A stretch of 64,000 bases of DNA, taken from positions 21,698 to 85,697 of the forward strand of contig JANSYK010000005.1 in NCBI GenBank assembly GCA_024742485.1, in the 5' to 3' direction. This DNA is from Alphaproteobacteria bacterium (lineage in GTDB: Bacteria > Pseudomonadota > Alphaproteobacteria > Rhizobiales > Rhizobiaceae). Of this stretch, positions 36,071-45,918 are shown piece after piece; within the stretch, counting starts at the first letter, position 1, and each line of letters starts with the position of its first letter. The translations under genes were made by a program, and so were the position numbers. The notes beneath the pieces are model-generated. The model was not told the origin of the DNA. It worked only from the letters and a program-made list of their open reading frames with translations, and ran no database searches.

Positions 36071-36598
36071 ATGAAATATGTCGGTATTCTGCTGTCGAAA
36101 TTGGTGGCCGCCACAACGATTGTTGGGGCGGTCGCTGTTGTTTTGATGATCGTTCAGATCACGGTTGATGTGTTTCTCCTGAACCTGTTTTCCACGTCAT
36201 TGCCGGCCACCGGAGCGATTGTCGCGAACTATTACATGGCGGCGATTTCGTTTCTGCCCGTGGCGTTGGCCGAGAAGCTCGACAAGCATATTGCGGTCGA
36301 TGTGTTCTACAACACCCTGCCTCCGAGATTTCAGAAATGGCTTTTGATGGCGGTCCGGCTGGTTGTGGCAATCGCAACCGGAGGCGCTGCTTACGGGTTT
36401 CTGCTTGATGCCGTGCACAAGTACCAAAACAACTCTTATGTCCTGGAACTGGATGTGCGTGTTCCCGACTGGCCCGGCTATTTCATGCTGCCGATTGGTT
36501 TCGGCCTCTGGTCGCTGATCAACCTTTACAAGGTCGCGGCCAGCCTGACTGGCGACGAAGACATGAATGGCGGAAGAGCGCTTGCGGAATTTGAATAA
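36071..36598 (+). CDS. TRAP transporter small permease (DctQ family)
   Basis: 175 aa with four predicted TM helices, lying between the DctP and DctM genes. Confidence 0.85.
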   Translation: MKYVGILLSKLVAATTIVGAVAVVLMIVQITVDVFLLNLFSTSLPATGAIVANYYMAAISFLPVALAEKLDKHIAVDVFYNTLPPRFQKWLLMAVRLVVAIATGGAAYGFLLDAVHKYQNNSYVLELDVRVPDWPGYFMLPIGFGLWSLINLYKVAASLTGDEDMNGGRALAEFE

Positions 36599-36621
36599 GT
36601 CGATGCGGGAAGCGCTGATCC

Positions 36622-37932
36622 ATGTCCTTTGAAACCATCGGCCTCCTGAGCATTGCCGTTCTCGTTCTGCTTTTGCTTTTGCGGGTGCCGATTGCGATAT
36701 CCCTCGGCATGGTTTCATTTGGCGGCATCTGGCTGATGCTCGGCTTCACACCGGCATGGGGCATCCTGTCGGCGGTTACCTACAAATTTGCAGCCACCTG
36801 GACCCTGTCCGCCATCCCGATGTTCCTGATGATGGGATATGTCTGCTACCACGCAGGCCTGACCAAGGGCGTCTTTGCGGCCTGTCGAATCTGGCTGGTG
36901 CGCCTGCCGGGTGGCGTTGCCGTGGCTTCGGTCTTCGCCAGCGCCGGCTTCGCATCCGTCACCGGGTCCAGCATTGCTTGTGCCGCGGCCATGGGCCGTA
37001 TCGCGATCCCGGAGATGATCCGTTTCAACTACGCACCCAGCCTGGCAACCGGATCGGTTGCAGCGGCGGGCACCCTTGGTGCGCTGATTCCGCCCAGCGT
37101 TCTGCTGATCCTTTTTGGCATCTTCGCCGAGGTCAATATCGGCAAGCTGTTTCTCGGCGGTATCGGGATAGGGCTTCTGACGGCCGTCGCCTATGCCGCA
37201 ATGATCATTATTCGGGTCAAGCTGAACCCGGAATTGGCGCCACCGGTAACCGAAACGCACAGTTTCAGGGAAAAGATCGAAGTGCTGCGACCCACCTGGC
37301 CGCTGGGGTCCATTGTCGTGATCATTCTTGGAGGAATGTTCACCGGCTTGTTCACGGCCACCGAGGCGGGTGCCATTGGCGCCGCTTCGGCCATTCTTGT
37401 CGCCCTGTTCAACCGGTCGCTGACCTGGAAGGTCCTGTATGATTCGACCATAGAAACCCTGACCACCACGGGAACGCTCTTCATCATTGCAATCGGCGCC
37501 AATCTGCTGACGCGCCTTTTGTCCCTGTCGGGGACGCAGGATCTCTTCACGACTGCGATTATCGGATTTCAGGCCGATCCTCTTTTCCTGTTGATCGGCA
37601 TCACCATCGTCTATCTGATTTTGGGCATGTTCTTGGAGCCGATCGGTGCCATGCTACTGACGTTGCCGGTGTTTTTGCCGATCCTTGGAGAGGCGGGGAT
37701 CGGGTTGGTCTTCTTCGGGGTCTATCTGGCTAAACTGCTTGAAATTGGCATGATCACCCCGCCGATCGGAATCAATGTGTTCGTGATCAAGGGCGTCGTC
37801 GGTGATCTGGTGAGTCTGACCGATATTTTTCGTGGAATCATGTGGTTTTTGCTGGCGGATCTGGTCGTCATTGTTCTGGTGATCGCATTTCCGGAAATCA
37901 TAACCTTCCTTCCCGAGACGCTGCTGGACTAG
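36622..37932 (+). CDS. TRAP transporter large permease (DctM family)
   Basis: 436-aa polytopic membrane protein with typical DctM motifs (GGVAVASVFASAGFASVTGSS, LFIIAIGANL). Confidence 0.9.
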   Translation: MSFETIGLLSIAVLVLLLLLRVPIAISLGMVSFGGIWLMLGFTPAWGILSAVTYKFAATWTLSAIPMFLMMGYVCYHAGLTKGVFAACRIWLVRLPGGVAVASVFASAGFASVTGSSIACAAAMGRIAIPEMIRFNYAPSLATGSVAAAGTLGALIPPSVLLILFGIFAEVNIGKLFLGGIGIGLLTAVAYAAMIIIRVKLNPELAPPVTETHSFREKIEVLRPTWPLGSIVVIILGGMFTGLFTATEAGAIGAASAILVALFNRSLTWKVLYDSTIETLTTTGTLFIIAIGANLLTRLLSLSGTQDLFTTAIIGFQADPLFLLIGITIVYLILGMFLEPIGAMLLTLPVFLPILGEAGIGLVFFGVYLAKLLEIGMITPPIGINVFVIKGVVGDLVSLTDIFRGIMWFLLADLVVIVLVIAFPEIITFLPETLLD

Positions 37933-38000
37933 CAGGTCAATTGCACTTGAGAGGGGCGAGGGCGCCCGCCTGAACGAGGCAGATAGTCTGGAGGATTGGC

Positions 38001-38732
38001 GTGTCCATTCATTCTTACCAAACGGCTCTGGTGACCGGGGCATCCAGTGGCATCGGAGCGGCCTGCGTCAGGATGCTCAGCCGCCATGACATGCGTGTAA
38101 CGGCAATGGACCGGGACAGCGACAGGCTTGCGGAACTTGCGTCGGAAACCGGTTGCGAGGCTATCGTGATGGATATCCGGCAGACTGAAGAGCTTTATGA
38201 GACATTCGCTGACCGGGACATCGACGTGCTCGTCAACAATGCCGGGCTGGCGCATGGACTGGCGGAGGGGTTTCTGGGCACCGGCAATGATCAGGTCGAT
38301 GAGATGATCGGGGTCAATGTTACGGCGGCAATCCATGTCCTGCGTGCCGTGCTGCCGTCGATGATCACGCGCAAGCGCGGACATATCATTGCCATGGGGT
38401 CGATTGCCAGTCTCTATCCGCTGGGTCTTCCGGTCTATGGTGCAAGCAAGGGTGCCATCCGGTCCTTGTCACGGCATCTTCGAATGGAACTGAGCGGCAC
38501 AAAAATCAGGCATACGGAAATCTGCCCGGGGCGCACGGAAACGGGATTTTTCGATACGGCATTCGGCGATCCGCAGCAGCGTGCCTCCTTTGTCTCGGAA
38601 ATACGGCTCCTGGATCCAGCCGACATAGCCGATGCCATAGAATATGCACTGCGTACGCCGCTTCACGTCAATGTTAGTTCCATCGAGATCACCCCGGTTG
38701 ATCAGGTCCCCGGCGGTCAAATTCTGGGGTGA
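38001..38732 (+). CDS. Short-chain dehydrogenase/reductase
   Basis: TGASSGIGAA motif, catalytic YGASKGA. GTG start 5 nt after GGAGGA. Confidence 0.85.
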   Translation: MSIHSYQTALVTGASSGIGAACVRMLSRHDMRVTAMDRDSDRLAELASETGCEAIVMDIRQTEELYETFADRDIDVLVNNAGLAHGLAEGFLGTGNDQVDEMIGVNVTAAIHVLRAVLPSMITRKRGHIIAMGSIASLYPLGLPVYGASKGAIRSLSRHLRMELSGTKIRHTEICPGRTETGFFDTAFGDPQQRASFVSEIRLLDPADIADAIEYALRTPLHVNVSSIEITPVDQVPGGQILG

Positions 38733-38862
38733 GCGATCATCTCCCGCGCAATCAGCATACCCCGCATGGACAGGTCAGGGCATCCGATCGGGCGCGCGAT
38801 AACGGGTCGCGACAACATACGCGTCACGAATACAAATGGCGGACCTATACATAGATGGCCTG

Positions 38863-38881
38863 AATGGATACGTTCTTTCCA
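38863..38881. promoter_or_regulatory. LysR-box-like inverted repeat ATGGA-N9-TCCAT immediately upstream of the LysR gene
   Basis: ATGGATACGTTCTTTCCAT, 25 bp before the ATG at 38906. Confidence 0.4.
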
Positions 38882-38905
38882 TTCAAAACACGCCGGGTTG
38901 GCACG

Positions 38906-39829
38906 ATGAATTTACGGCAACTGGAAGCCTTTCGGGCAACGATCCGCTGCGGTTCGATAACCGAAGCAGCCAATGTGATGCATATTTCACAGCCGAGTGT
39001 CAGCCGGCTCATCGCTGATCTGGAGCATTCGGTCGGTTTTTCCCTTTTCGTTCGTGTCGGGCGCGGGCTGGCCCCGACAGTCGAGGCGCGAAACTTCTAT
39101 CGGGGCGTTGAATCCATGTTCGTCGGGATCGACCGTCTCGAGGAACTGGCGAACACGATACGGACCACGCAGGGCGGCGAGATTTCCATCGGCACGATCC
39201 AGTCGATTGCCGCCGTTGAGCTGCCCATCGTGGTTGGAAAAATGTACCGAAAATATCCCGGTATCAAATTCAACATCCAGTCACGCAACACGCCTTCCAT
39301 CCTCGACGCCGTCCAGATGCGGCAGATTGATCTCGGAATTGTCGGACGCGAGTCTTCTCATGATGGTGTGGAAACCCTGTATCAGACCTCCGCACCCTAT
39401 GTTTGTCTGTTGCCCGAGGAGCATCCTCTGGCGACGGGACAAGGAGCACTCGATCTGGAGGAATTGGCCGATCACGAAACATTCGTGACCTTTGGCGGCA
39501 ACTATCCCGACACGATGATGTCAATCGACCCCGATCTATCGCAGAAACTGCAGAAACGGTCCCGCCTGTCCGCGGCCAATGTGCCCGTGGCAGGGGCCCT
39601 TGTGCGCGAAACAGGCGTGTTGGCGATTGCCGATCCGTTTTCCGCCGAACAGGCCGTCCGAATGGGGGGCGTTGTCTTCCGCCCGCTGGTTCAGAAACTG
39701 ACCTATTTCGTGACCATTGTTGCCGCTGGCCGTGAACAATTGTCCCGCGAATCAATCGAGTTTGTCGAAACCTTCTCAGAACAATTGAGCCAGCGCGTTT
39801 CCTATGTGAATTCGCTCGGCCAAACCTAG
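38906..39829 (+). CDS. LysR-family transcriptional regulator
   Basis: N-terminus MNLRQLEAFRATIRCGSITEAANVMHISQPSVSRLIADLE is a canonical LysR HTH. The track ORF starts 14 codons earlier, at 38864. Confidence 0.9.
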   Translation: MNLRQLEAFRATIRCGSITEAANVMHISQPSVSRLIADLEHSVGFSLFVRVGRGLAPTVEARNFYRGVESMFVGIDRLEELANTIRTTQGGEISIGTIQSIAAVELPIVVGKMYRKYPGIKFNIQSRNTPSILDAVQMRQIDLGIVGRESSHDGVETLYQTSAPYVCLLPEEHPLATGQGALDLEELADHETFVTFGGNYPDTMMSIDPDLSQKLQKRSRLSAANVPVAGALVRETGVLAIADPFSAEQAVRMGGVVFRPLVQKLTYFVTIVAAGREQLSRESIEFVETFSEQLSQRVSYVNSLGQT

Positions 39830-41094
39830 TTCAACACCTGGGGCAGCCAGGTGGCAGCTTGCGGAAAGAAGATCATGATCAGGCCGAAGACAATGCCCAG
39901 CCCGACAAACAGCGGCACCTCACGGAATGCCTTTTCAGGGCTTTCTCCAGCCACGCCTGCCGCCGTGTAGATGCCCACACAAACCGGCGGTGTGATCATC
40001 CCGATGCCAGCAAAAGCGACGAATACGACATAAAGGTGCAGCATGTCCTGTCCCAGGGACAGCGCGAGTGCGGCGAAGATCGGCACAGTCAGATAGAAAA
40101 CCGGAACGATCTCGATAAACGTGCCCAAAATCAGACAGATGATTGCCACCGAGAGCCAGAACATCAGCGGCGTTCCGCCCATATCTGTAAAGAAACCGAT
40201 GATTGCTTGCGGTGTTTGGGAATAGGTCAGCACGACACTCAGGAAAGTTGCCATCGCAATGATCGCGAAGATAACCGCCGTGATCCGTGCGGTGTCATGG
40301 AGCGCGTGCAGAATGCCGGAAACGGATATTTCCCGGTAGAAGACAGCGCCGATGAGAATGGCCCAGATACCGGCAATTGCGGCCGATTCGGATGGCGTTA
40401 GAAGTCCGGAATAGATGCCACCCAGGATGATCACCGGTGTAAACAGGCCGGGAATGGCCGCCCAGAATGCCGACAGACGCTCCTTGGCCGTTGCCTTGTC
40501 CGGGTTGCGCAGGTGTCGGCATTTCCACGTCACCAGAACGCTGAGCAACAGGATCAATATGAAACCGGGAATGAAGCCGGCCGCAAATGTGCGCGACACC
40601 GGAACATCGGTGAGGGCGCTGAACAGGATGGCTGCGTTGGAAGGCGGAATCAGCGCTTCCAGAAAGGCTGCGGATGCCGCGAGCACGATGACAAAGGGCT
40701 TGGGATATCCCTGGTTGACCATTTGCGGGATCATGATTGTCCCGACAGCCGTAATAGCGGCGAGGATCGAACCACAAAAGGCAGCGAAAAAGCCCATGGC
40801 CAGGATCATTGCAATCCCCAATCCACCGGGCCAGTGACCCACGAGCGTGGTCGCGAAGTGAACCAGTCGCGCCGCTGCGCCGCCGCGCAGCATCACCATG
40901 CCGGTAAAGATGAACAGTGGCACAGCGATCAGCACATGTTTCGTCATGGAACCGAATGACACCTGGATCAGGGTCGACCAGGGCAGGTTCATGCCCCAGA
41001 TCGCCGTCGCGGCTGAGCCAAGTCCAAAGACCATGAAGATCGGCACGGACAGGATCAGCAGCAGGAGCGACGCAAGCGTCGCTGCGGATTTCAT
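39826..41094 (-). CDS. TRAP transporter large permease (DctM family)
   Basis: Polytopic membrane protein. ATG at 41094 overlaps the dctQ-like stop (ATGA). The stop overlaps the LysR stop in the palindrome CTAG. Confidence 0.9.
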   Translation of the reverse strand: MKSAATLASLLLLILSVPIFMVFGLGSAATAIWGMNLPWSTLIQVSFGSMTKHVLIAVPLFIFTGMVMLRGGAAARLVHFATTLVGHWPGGLGIAMILAMGFFAAFCGSILAAITAVGTIMIPQMVNQGYPKPFVIVLAASAAFLEALIPPSNAAILFSALTDVPVSRTFAAGFIPGFILILLLSVLVTWKCRHLRNPDKATAKERLSAFWAAIPGLFTPVIILGGIYSGLLTPSESAAIAGIWAILIGAVFYREISVSGILHALHDTARITAVIFAIIAMATFLSVVLTYSQTPQAIIGFFTDMGGTPLMFWLSVAIICLILGTFIEIVPVFYLTVPIFAALALSLGQDMLHLYVVFVAFAGIGMITPPVCVGIYTAAGVAGESPEKAFREVPLFVGLGIVFGLIMIFFPQAATWLPQVLN

Positions 41095-41612
41095 GTTACG
41101 GCCTCTTCGAACCGTGTGAAATCGCGCACGGTTTCCAACAGCAATTCGAATGAAAACAGGATGAGAATTGCAAAACCCGTTGGAAAAGCCAGATACATCC
41201 ACCAGATCGGGATTTCGATTTCCAGCTCCATCAATTGGCCGAGACGGCGAAACAGCGCAACCGCTTCATTTCCGGCCAGAAAAAAGATCACGGCACCCGA
41301 TAACATGGTGAGGTAGATGAAGATCTTCAGCGCCAGCAATGGGCGTCCCGTCAGAATGTTGGGCAGGAGATCCACCTGAATATGTGAACCGGAACGCAGC
41401 AGGGGCCCCAGCAGGGGAAAGACCATCCAGGGGACCATGGCAGGAGGCAGTTCGATGAACCAGTCATAACCCGTGCCGCTGACATATCGCGTCACCGCGC
41501 TCATTGTCAGTGCCAGGACCATGACCGCCGCGACAGCAGAGGATGTCACTGCGGTTACCTTTTCCAGCGTGCCGTTTATCAGGCGTAGAACCTGCAAAAT
41601 CTGGTGCATCAA
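41091..41612 (-). CDS. TRAP transporter small permease (DctQ family)
   Basis: 173 aa with four TM helices, lying between the DctP and DctM genes. Confidence 0.85.
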   Translation of the reverse strand: MMHQILQVLRLINGTLEKVTAVTSSAVAAVMVLALTMSAVTRYVSGTGYDWFIELPPAMVPWMVFPLLGPLLRSGSHIQVDLLPNILTGRPLLALKIFIYLTMLSGAVIFFLAGNEAVALFRRLGQLMELEIEIPIWWMYLAFPTGFAILILFSFELLLETVRDFTRFEEAVT

Positions 41613-41634
41613 ATCGGTATCCGGGCCTTCTGAA

Positions 41635-41664
41635 CGCGGCCCCCGTGAAGCATTGGAGGCCGCG
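41635..41664 (-). other. Intercistronic GC hairpin between dctP-like and dctQ-like genes
   Basis: CGCGGCC-N16-GGCCGCG, 7-bp stem, in the 64-nt gap after the binding-protein gene. Confidence 0.3.
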
Positions 41665-41676
41665 CATCAATAATGA

Positions 41677-42681
41677 TCAGTTCCCTGCGTAGGCCTGCGC
41701 GGCGCCCAGAATATCCGCGTCGATCTTGTCCGCAACGGCCGGCTGCACCTTGTCCTTCATGAGCGTATCGAATTTTTCGGCTTCCACGCCGGCAAGCTCA
41801 TTGACCACGCCGCCTCGTCCTTGAAATTCGACCAGAGTTTCTTCACCCGTCTGCATGATCGTGTCGGTGGAGATTTTGCCGATCTCCGCGCCGACCTCCA
41901 ACAGCAATTGCTGCAGGTCCTCCGGCAAACCGTTGAACCAGGTCGCGTTGGCCATGATGTAGGCATCGGCGAAATACTGATAGGGTTTTTGTCCGTGTGT
42001 CAGAAATTCCCACCAGCTGAACGCCCGGATCGAACCTGGCGGGCTGTTGATCGTGTCGATCATGCCTGTTTGCAGACCGGAATAGACTTCGCCGGTTGGC
42101 ATCGAGACGGTGTTGGCGCCAAGAGCTTCCCACATCGGGCGCTCCGCGCCAATCAAGGCACGTGCTTTCAGACCGGACATGGAGTCCACGCCGTTGAGTT
42201 CCTTGGTTGAAAAGGTCATGACCGGCCCAACGGGATCGTACATGAGGAGAATGGAATCGGATTTCCCGGTAATATCATCCCAAACGGCCTTGCCTGCAGG
42301 ATCATCCGTGAAGAACCCGCGCTGCTCGGCATAACTGCCAAAGAGACCGGTGAAAGAGACCACATTGTAGTTCTTGTTGATCGGCGGGAAGGACACGACG
42401 CCGACAATGCCGCCCATTTCAACTGCGCCGGACGTCACTGCGCCAAGCTGTTCGCGAATGCCGAAAAGCTGGCCAGCCGGAAACACATCGATTTTGAGTC
42501 GTCCCTCCGCACGCTTGTTGACCTCGTCGGCGAACATTTGCGCATGAATCGCGCTGTGGTGTTTTGGGCCCCAGTGAACCGACAGGCGCGCTACGATCTC
42601 CTCGGCGCTTGCGGAGTGTCCCGCCATCAGGGCGCTCGTCAACAGCGCGCCGGCGGCAATCAATTTGAATAATCTCATCAT
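41677..42681 (-). CDS. TRAP transporter substrate-binding protein (DctP family)
   Basis: MMRLFKLIAAGALLTSALMAGHSASA signal peptide. GGGAGA precedes the tandem ATGs at 42681/42678. The track ORF extends to 42807. Confidence 0.85.
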   Translation of the reverse strand: MMRLFKLIAAGALLTSALMAGHSASAEEIVARLSVHWGPKHHSAIHAQMFADEVNKRAEGRLKIDVFPAGQLFGIREQLGAVTSGAVEMGGIVGVVSFPPINKNYNVVSFTGLFGSYAEQRGFFTDDPAGKAVWDDITGKSDSILLMYDPVGPVMTFSTKELNGVDSMSGLKARALIGAERPMWEALGANTVSMPTGEVYSGLQTGMIDTINSPPGSIRAFSWWEFLTHGQKPYQYFADAYIMANATWFNGLPEDLQQLLLEVGAEIGKISTDTIMQTGEETLVEFQGRGGVVNELAGVEAEKFDTLMKDKVQPAVADKIDADILGAAQAYAGN

Positions 42682-42753
42682 ATTCTCCCAAACATCGTGT
42701 CCGCACCCTTTCTCTTGAGGGATTCGCGTACACCTGTATCGAGCGGAGGAGGT

Positions 42754-42772
42754 TGGAATCCTTCTCGTCCAT
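42754..42772. promoter_or_regulatory. TGGA-N10-TCCAT element in the dctP / 2-hydroxyacid dehydrogenase divergent region, resembling the LysR-gene box
   Basis: TGGAATCCTTCTCGTCCAT(T), compared with (A)TGGATACGTTCTTTCCAT(T) at 38863. Confidence 0.3.
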
Positions 42773-42977
42773 TTAAAACGTACTGCGAGGCTTGACCGCA
42801 GGACCAATAGAATTCCAGTCGGTACCTATGCGTGAAGCCTATGAATGTGATCAAAAACGTCCAAAAACATAGCCAAAGCGTATATGTGCCTGAAGCTTTT
42901 CGATTGGTTGAACCCGTCCAACCCCGGATAACCTGTTCATTGCCCGAGACCAATTCAGGTGCGACAGGACCTTCATC

Positions 42978-44171
42978 ATGCGACCTTCACATCGCATCTT
43001 TTCTACCGAGGACGCCCGCCGTCTGGCAATGAAGCGCCTGCCGCGCCTCGTTTTCGACTTTATCGAAGGCGGCGCCGGCCGCGAAAGGGGCATGTCCCGG
43101 AACACCGAGCAGTTCGACAGGGTCCTGCTTCAGCCGCGGGTGATGGCCGATATTGAGGAACGCACCCAGACAACGGAATTCCTGGGTACGCAATTCGGTG
43201 CACCCTTCGGTGTGGCGCCCATGGGCATGTGCAATCTTGTGTGGCCGCATGCCGACCGGATGGTCGCCGAAACGGCCCGCGACCTGAACATACCCATGTG
43301 TTTGTCGTCTGCGGGATCCAGCACTTTGGACAGCGTTCACGAGTGGGCCGGTGAAAATGCATGGTTTCAGCTGTATTTCGGGCAGTCCTCGCAAACATCC
43401 CTGGAGGCAGCGGCACAGGCGCAGAATGCCGGATATGAAACCCTGGTGCTGACAGTGGACGTACCACAAGTGTCCCGACGGGTGCGCGATCTCAGAAACG
43501 GCTTCACAATGCCATTCAAGATGACGCCCGGCGCATTCCTGGATTTTGCGTCCCATCCGGTTTGGTCGGTTTCGTCGCTGGCCGCAGGTGTCCCGTCACC
43601 CAAAACCCTTGCTAGAACGGAAAACGGTGAAGGCTTCAACCGCAATGCCAGTCGCGCCGGAGCCGATTGGACATTTCTGGAACGTTTGCGCGAGCAATGG
43701 CAGGGCAAGCTGATCGTCAAGGGAATTACGTCACCGGTCGACGCCGTTCGCGCCCAGCAATGCGACGTCGATGCCATCTACGTTTCGAACCATGGCGGAC
43801 GGCAACTGGATTGTGTTCCACCTGCGCTGCGGTTGCTCCCGATCATCCGCCGCGCGGTCGGACCAGCCTTCCCGCTTCTGTTCGACAGCGGCGTTCGCAA
43901 TGGCGAGGACGTGGTCAAGGCGCTGATCCTTGGCGCTGATTTCGTCATGCTCGGTCGTCCGGTTCTGTATGCGCTTGGAGCGGCCAGTCAGAAGGGGTTG
44001 AGCGATTTGCTGCACTGCCTCGTGGAGGACATAGACATCACCATGGCCCAACTGGGAACCACGAATGTCTCGGACCTCGGCCTGCACAACCTGTTTGAAG
44101 ATGGCGAGGCGGCAGATGGCCCACTGGCGGTAAGCGGCCCGGCCAGACTGCACGTCGCAGGCCAACAATAA
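42978..44171 (+). CDS. FMN-dependent alpha-hydroxy acid dehydrogenase (L-lactate / mandelate dehydrogenase family)
   Basis: N-terminal RLPRLVFDFIEGGAG and active-site SNHGGRQLD motifs. 397 aa. Confidence 0.85.
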   Translation: MRPSHRIFSTEDARRLAMKRLPRLVFDFIEGGAGRERGMSRNTEQFDRVLLQPRVMADIEERTQTTEFLGTQFGAPFGVAPMGMCNLVWPHADRMVAETARDLNIPMCLSSAGSSTLDSVHEWAGENAWFQLYFGQSSQTSLEAAAQAQNAGYETLVLTVDVPQVSRRVRDLRNGFTMPFKMTPGAFLDFASHPVWSVSSLAAGVPSPKTLARTENGEGFNRNASRAGADWTFLERLREQWQGKLIVKGITSPVDAVRAQQCDVDAIYVSNHGGRQLDCVPPALRLLPIIRRAVGPAFPLLFDSGVRNGEDVVKALILGADFVMLGRPVLYALGAASQKGLSDLLHCLVEDIDITMAQLGTTNVSDLGLHNLFEDGEAADGPLAVSGPARLHVAGQQ

Positions 44172-44187
44172 AAGGAGCGGGAACACA

Positions 44188-45918
44188 ATGTCCGAACCCA
44201 AACGCATTCGCGGGGGCGCGCTGCTAGCCCGGGCACTGAAGGAAAAGGGGGTTGAGCACGCCTTCACGCTGGCGGGCGGGTTTTGCAATCCGGCACTTGA
44301 GGGGTTCATGGAATGCCAGATGCCGGTCATCAATTGCCCGCACGAGCAGGTCGCCGGACACCTTGCCGATGGTCATGCCCGCATCACACGAAAACCGGCG
44401 GTCTGCCTGGTTGGCCCAGAGGGATTTGCCAACACGGTGCCGGCAATGCTGGAGGCCTGGGGTGAGCGGTCTCCGGTGATCTTCATAACCGGTTCGTCAA
44501 CCCTGAAGCGCCAGGGTGCGGGTGGGTTCAAGGAAATCGACGATGTTGCGATCGCTGCGCCCTTGACGAAGTACTCGGCACAAATCACCGACGGCGCTCG
44601 CATCAGCGAATTTGTCGATCGCGCCTGGCGCGCCGCCACAACCGGCTATCCTGGACCCGTGCATCTTTCCTTGCCGGTCGACATCATGTTTTCTTCTTTC
44701 CAGGAAGATGCCGGTCGAGACGAACGTCCCTTTGTCCGGACCGACCAACCCATTCCCCGCGCCTGGCCGGACCCGGATCGGCTGAGACAGGTGCTTGATC
44801 TCATCGAAAACGCCGACCGTCCGGTGCTGATTGGCGGTCACGGCATCTGGTGGTCAGGTGGCGAAGACAAGATGGCGACGGCCGGCACGAAGCTCAAGAT
44901 ACCGATGTTCAACGTGCCCTATCATACCAAGATGCTGGGCGAGACGTGCGAGGCCTATTTGGGGCTTGCCGATTTCCATCAATATCATCCTTCCCGGCAG
45001 GCCATCCAGGAGGCTGACGTGGTGATTATGGTGGGATGTCGCCTCGACAATCAGATGAACTTCGGAAATCCTCCCTTCATTCCCGCCGGCACGAAACTTG
45101 TCTGTGTGAATGGCAGCCACGAGGAGTTGGACTATAATTTCGGCGCGGATGTGCAGCTCCTGTCCGACCCTGGAGCCTTTTTCGATGCGCTGAAGGCTAT
45201 CGATCACGACTGGGCGGACTGGCTTGACCTGCAACGTGAACGCCGCACCAACTGGGTCAGTGAATGGTCCGATCACATCGCCGCAGAATCTGCCAGTGAT
45301 GCCGAAAATGGCCGATTGATGCATCCCCTGCAACTGGCACTCGATGTCCAGGCGGCGATGAAAGATGATGATTGGCTGGTCTTTGATGGCGGCAATACAC
45401 ATTTCTGGAACGAGATCGCCACCAATATTGCCGCCGCGCGCGGACTGACACTGGGGGGCATTTTGCACCCGGGCAACTATTCCCTTCTGGGAGTTGGCGT
45501 CTCGTTCGCGCTTGCGGCAAAGAACCTCAATCCGGATCGGACAACTGTTCTGGTGACCGGGGATGGTGCATTCCTGTCGGGCGGCCTGTCGATTGAGGCA
45601 TGTTTTCAGGAAAAGATTCCGATTGTGGTGGTGGTCGACAACAATGGCGGGCTGGACTGCATCAGCCAGCAGCAGGAACGCCTGTTTTCAAGCGGTCGGC
45701 ATTTTGCCACGGATTTCCGCGATATTCCCTTTCATACCATGTTCGAGGGACTGGGCGGATATGGCGAAATCGTCACCGAAAGGGAGGCATTGGCCGGTGC
45801 GTTGGAGCGTGCCATCGCCAGCGGAAAGACCGCCTGTGTGAATGTCAAATGCCGGGGTGTCATCTCTCCCATCGTGGCGGCAACATCCGACAAGCGTGAC
45901 AAGGCTTCGATTGAATAA
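44188..45918 (+). CDS. Thiamine-diphosphate-dependent enzyme (acetolactate synthase / benzoylformate decarboxylase superfamily)
   Basis: ThDP motif GDGAFLSGGLSIEACFQEKIPIVVVVDNNGG. Three-domain size (576 aa). SD AAGGAG 9 nt upstream. Confidence 0.85.
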   Translation: MSEPKRIRGGALLARALKEKGVEHAFTLAGGFCNPALEGFMECQMPVINCPHEQVAGHLADGHARITRKPAVCLVGPEGFANTVPAMLEAWGERSPVIFITGSSTLKRQGAGGFKEIDDVAIAAPLTKYSAQITDGARISEFVDRAWRAATTGYPGPVHLSLPVDIMFSSFQEDAGRDERPFVRTDQPIPRAWPDPDRLRQVLDLIENADRPVLIGGHGIWWSGGEDKMATAGTKLKIPMFNVPYHTKMLGETCEAYLGLADFHQYHPSRQAIQEADVVIMVGCRLDNQMNFGNPPFIPAGTKLVCVNGSHEELDYNFGADVQLLSDPGAFFDALKAIDHDWADWLDLQRERRTNWVSEWSDHIAAESASDAENGRLMHPLQLALDVQAAMKDDDWLVFDGGNTHFWNEIATNIAAARGLTLGGILHPGNYSLLGVGVSFALAAKNLNPDRTTVLVTGDGAFLSGGLSIEACFQEKIPIVVVVDNNGGLDCISQQQERLFSSGRHFATDFRDIPFHTMFEGLGGYGEIVTEREALAGALERAIASGKTACVNVKCRGVISPIVAATSDKRDKASIE

